A DNA stretch of 64,000 bases, taken from contig JALJEE010001503.1 of NCBI GenBank assembly GCA_023231475.1, positions 1 through 64,000 on the forward strand, read 5' to 3'. The notes under the pieces are model-generated. The model did no database searches, was not told the DNA's origin, and saw only the letters and a program-made list of their open reading frames with translations. This document shows positions 62,535 to 64,000 of this stretch, piece by piece. Each line of letters opens with the position of its first letter. Position 1 is the stretch's first letter. The translations under genes were made by a program, and so were the position numbers. The stretch is from Seison nebaliae. Lineage: Eukaryota.

Positions 62535-64000
62535 TCACTTCTCTTTCACCAGCGATTGCATTGTCTCGTAAAGTGAATTGTCTAATACTTCGATATATGG
62601 AAGAATGTTCTCCATTTGACTGATTGCCGTGACGATAGCGATCATACGTTTTCCTGTTTCTGACGCTCGATCAATTCCGTCATGATTGAAACATTGGAGA
62701 ATGACTTTGAAGACGGTTGGCAAATTACCAAGATTCTCTCCAACAATTTGTTCATTTCTGCTCTCGGTCAAATCGCAAAGATAACCGAAAATATGTTCAC
62801 TTTCCTCTCGATCTTCCCATGTCGGTAACCAGCTGAACCATGTTGGGAGAATTTGCTAATATGAAGAGTAATAATAAAAATTTTCAAAAATTTCAAATTT
62901 TCAAAAAAATAGTAAAAGAAATAATGAAAGAAATAGAAATGAATGATTGAATTGTAACTTTTAACGTATCGTCTTGTGGGAGATTTCTGATGATTTTCGT
63001 TGCTGCTGAAATACAATTTTCTGTCGCTGAATTATTATCATTTACTCTGGAATTTGGTTTATTAATTTCCTGAACTAAGACATCGATGGCCATTTTGCAG
63101 ATCTGTTGAGTGTGGTCCCAATATTTGCTGGCTAGAATGCCAATTCCATAACTTGCTGCTTGTCGTACGCCTGGTTCCGTATCTTTAATTTGTGCAATTA
63201 ATAAAGGAATCACATTATTTCCATACGCTTCCAATGCTTCAGTTCCCCCGAATTCGAACACATCATCCCAAGCACAAATTCCCCATTGTCTGTCTGTTGA
63301 ACTGGATTCATTCAAAATTAATTGTTTAAATTCTTTTTGAACGAATTTATCAAAATGTGGTAGAATGTTGGCACCATACATTTTCATGATGATATGGAAA
63401 CAATCGGACATATTTGAAAGAACAGGTTGTTCTTCCGTTTCTGGAAATTCGATTTCATCACTATCATCATCGATATCATCTTTTTTCTTCTTCAATTTTT
63501 CTTCTTGATCTTTTTCTCTTTCTTGAAGTTTCGTCGACATCACTTTAAATATTTCACTAATTTGATCCTCATCAATGAATTCATATCCTACTAATTCTAA
63601 ACATTCGCCTAATTTGGTGAACATGTCACCGATATACTCTCGTTCCGGTTCATAATTTAATGCACTAATCAATTCCGTATGGACATTATTCCAAAGAGTT
63701 TTGAAAAATGTTTGACCTTTCGCCTTTCCACATTTTAATAAATATGGCATCGCTTCAACGGCATTCGCTCGAACATTATCATGAAAATAAAACCGTAATA
63801 ATGGTATCATCAATTCAGCTACATCAGAGATATATGGTGCAAATGCATCGCCCAAATCCTTCATATAACAAATCAACATACTACAAGCATTATTCTTTTC
63901 TTCTAAACCGGTGGTTCTAATGGCGAAAGTCTGTTGATTTTTTATTGTTATTATCTGTAATTCATCTTCATCAACTTCATCAATATCGTCACTAGACAAT
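62535..64000 (-). CDS. IPO5: Importin-5 (karyopherin beta-3), 3' part only; the gene runs off the window
   Basis: AIRTTGLEEKNNACSMLICY, LLRFYFHDNVR, DRQWGICAWDDVFEF, VRQAASYGIG, ATENCISA, WFSWLPTWEDREE. Intron at ~62957-62858. Confidence 0.95.

Noticed and set aside
1..64000. CRISPR arrays, tRNA/rRNA genes, intact transposases, alternative genetic code
   Set aside because: None seen. All apparent in-frame stops in conserved genes are explained by short introns under the standard code.

Overview
AT-rich, gene-dense eukaryotic genomic DNA from a compact-genome animal. FGF ligand, tryptophan hydroxylase, FMR1, a CABIT-domain protein and CCDC40 are present; the species cannot be determined from the sequence. 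About 21 protein-coding genes can be reconstructed, most split by short (~40-110 nt) introns: a degenerate Argonaute, Miro/RHOT, API5, FMR1/FXR, NOP56, an eh1 + 5xC2H2 transcription factor, PSMD8/Rpn12, MMAA, SPT4, a CABIT protein, CCDC40, an acidic low-complexity protein, a DUF1647 protein, TPH, a DOMON-cytochrome b561 protein, a mucin-like membrane protein, GPN1, an R3HDM4-like protein, a PDZ protein, FGF, SLC17 and the 3' part of importin-5. Highlights: (1) an intact, intronless ~527-aa Argonaute with N, L1, PAZ and L2 but apparently no MID domain and a catalytically dead PIWI remnant; (2) a shifted splice code in which nearly all hand-reconstructed introns start GTT instead of GTR, and many end in AAG; (3) convergent gene pairs with stop codons only 2-4 nt apart; (4) a fold-back/MITE-like element and perfect palindromes in the gene-free first 3.6 kb; (5) several conserved proteins with missing or inserted domains. 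All gene models were built by eye and exon borders are approximate.
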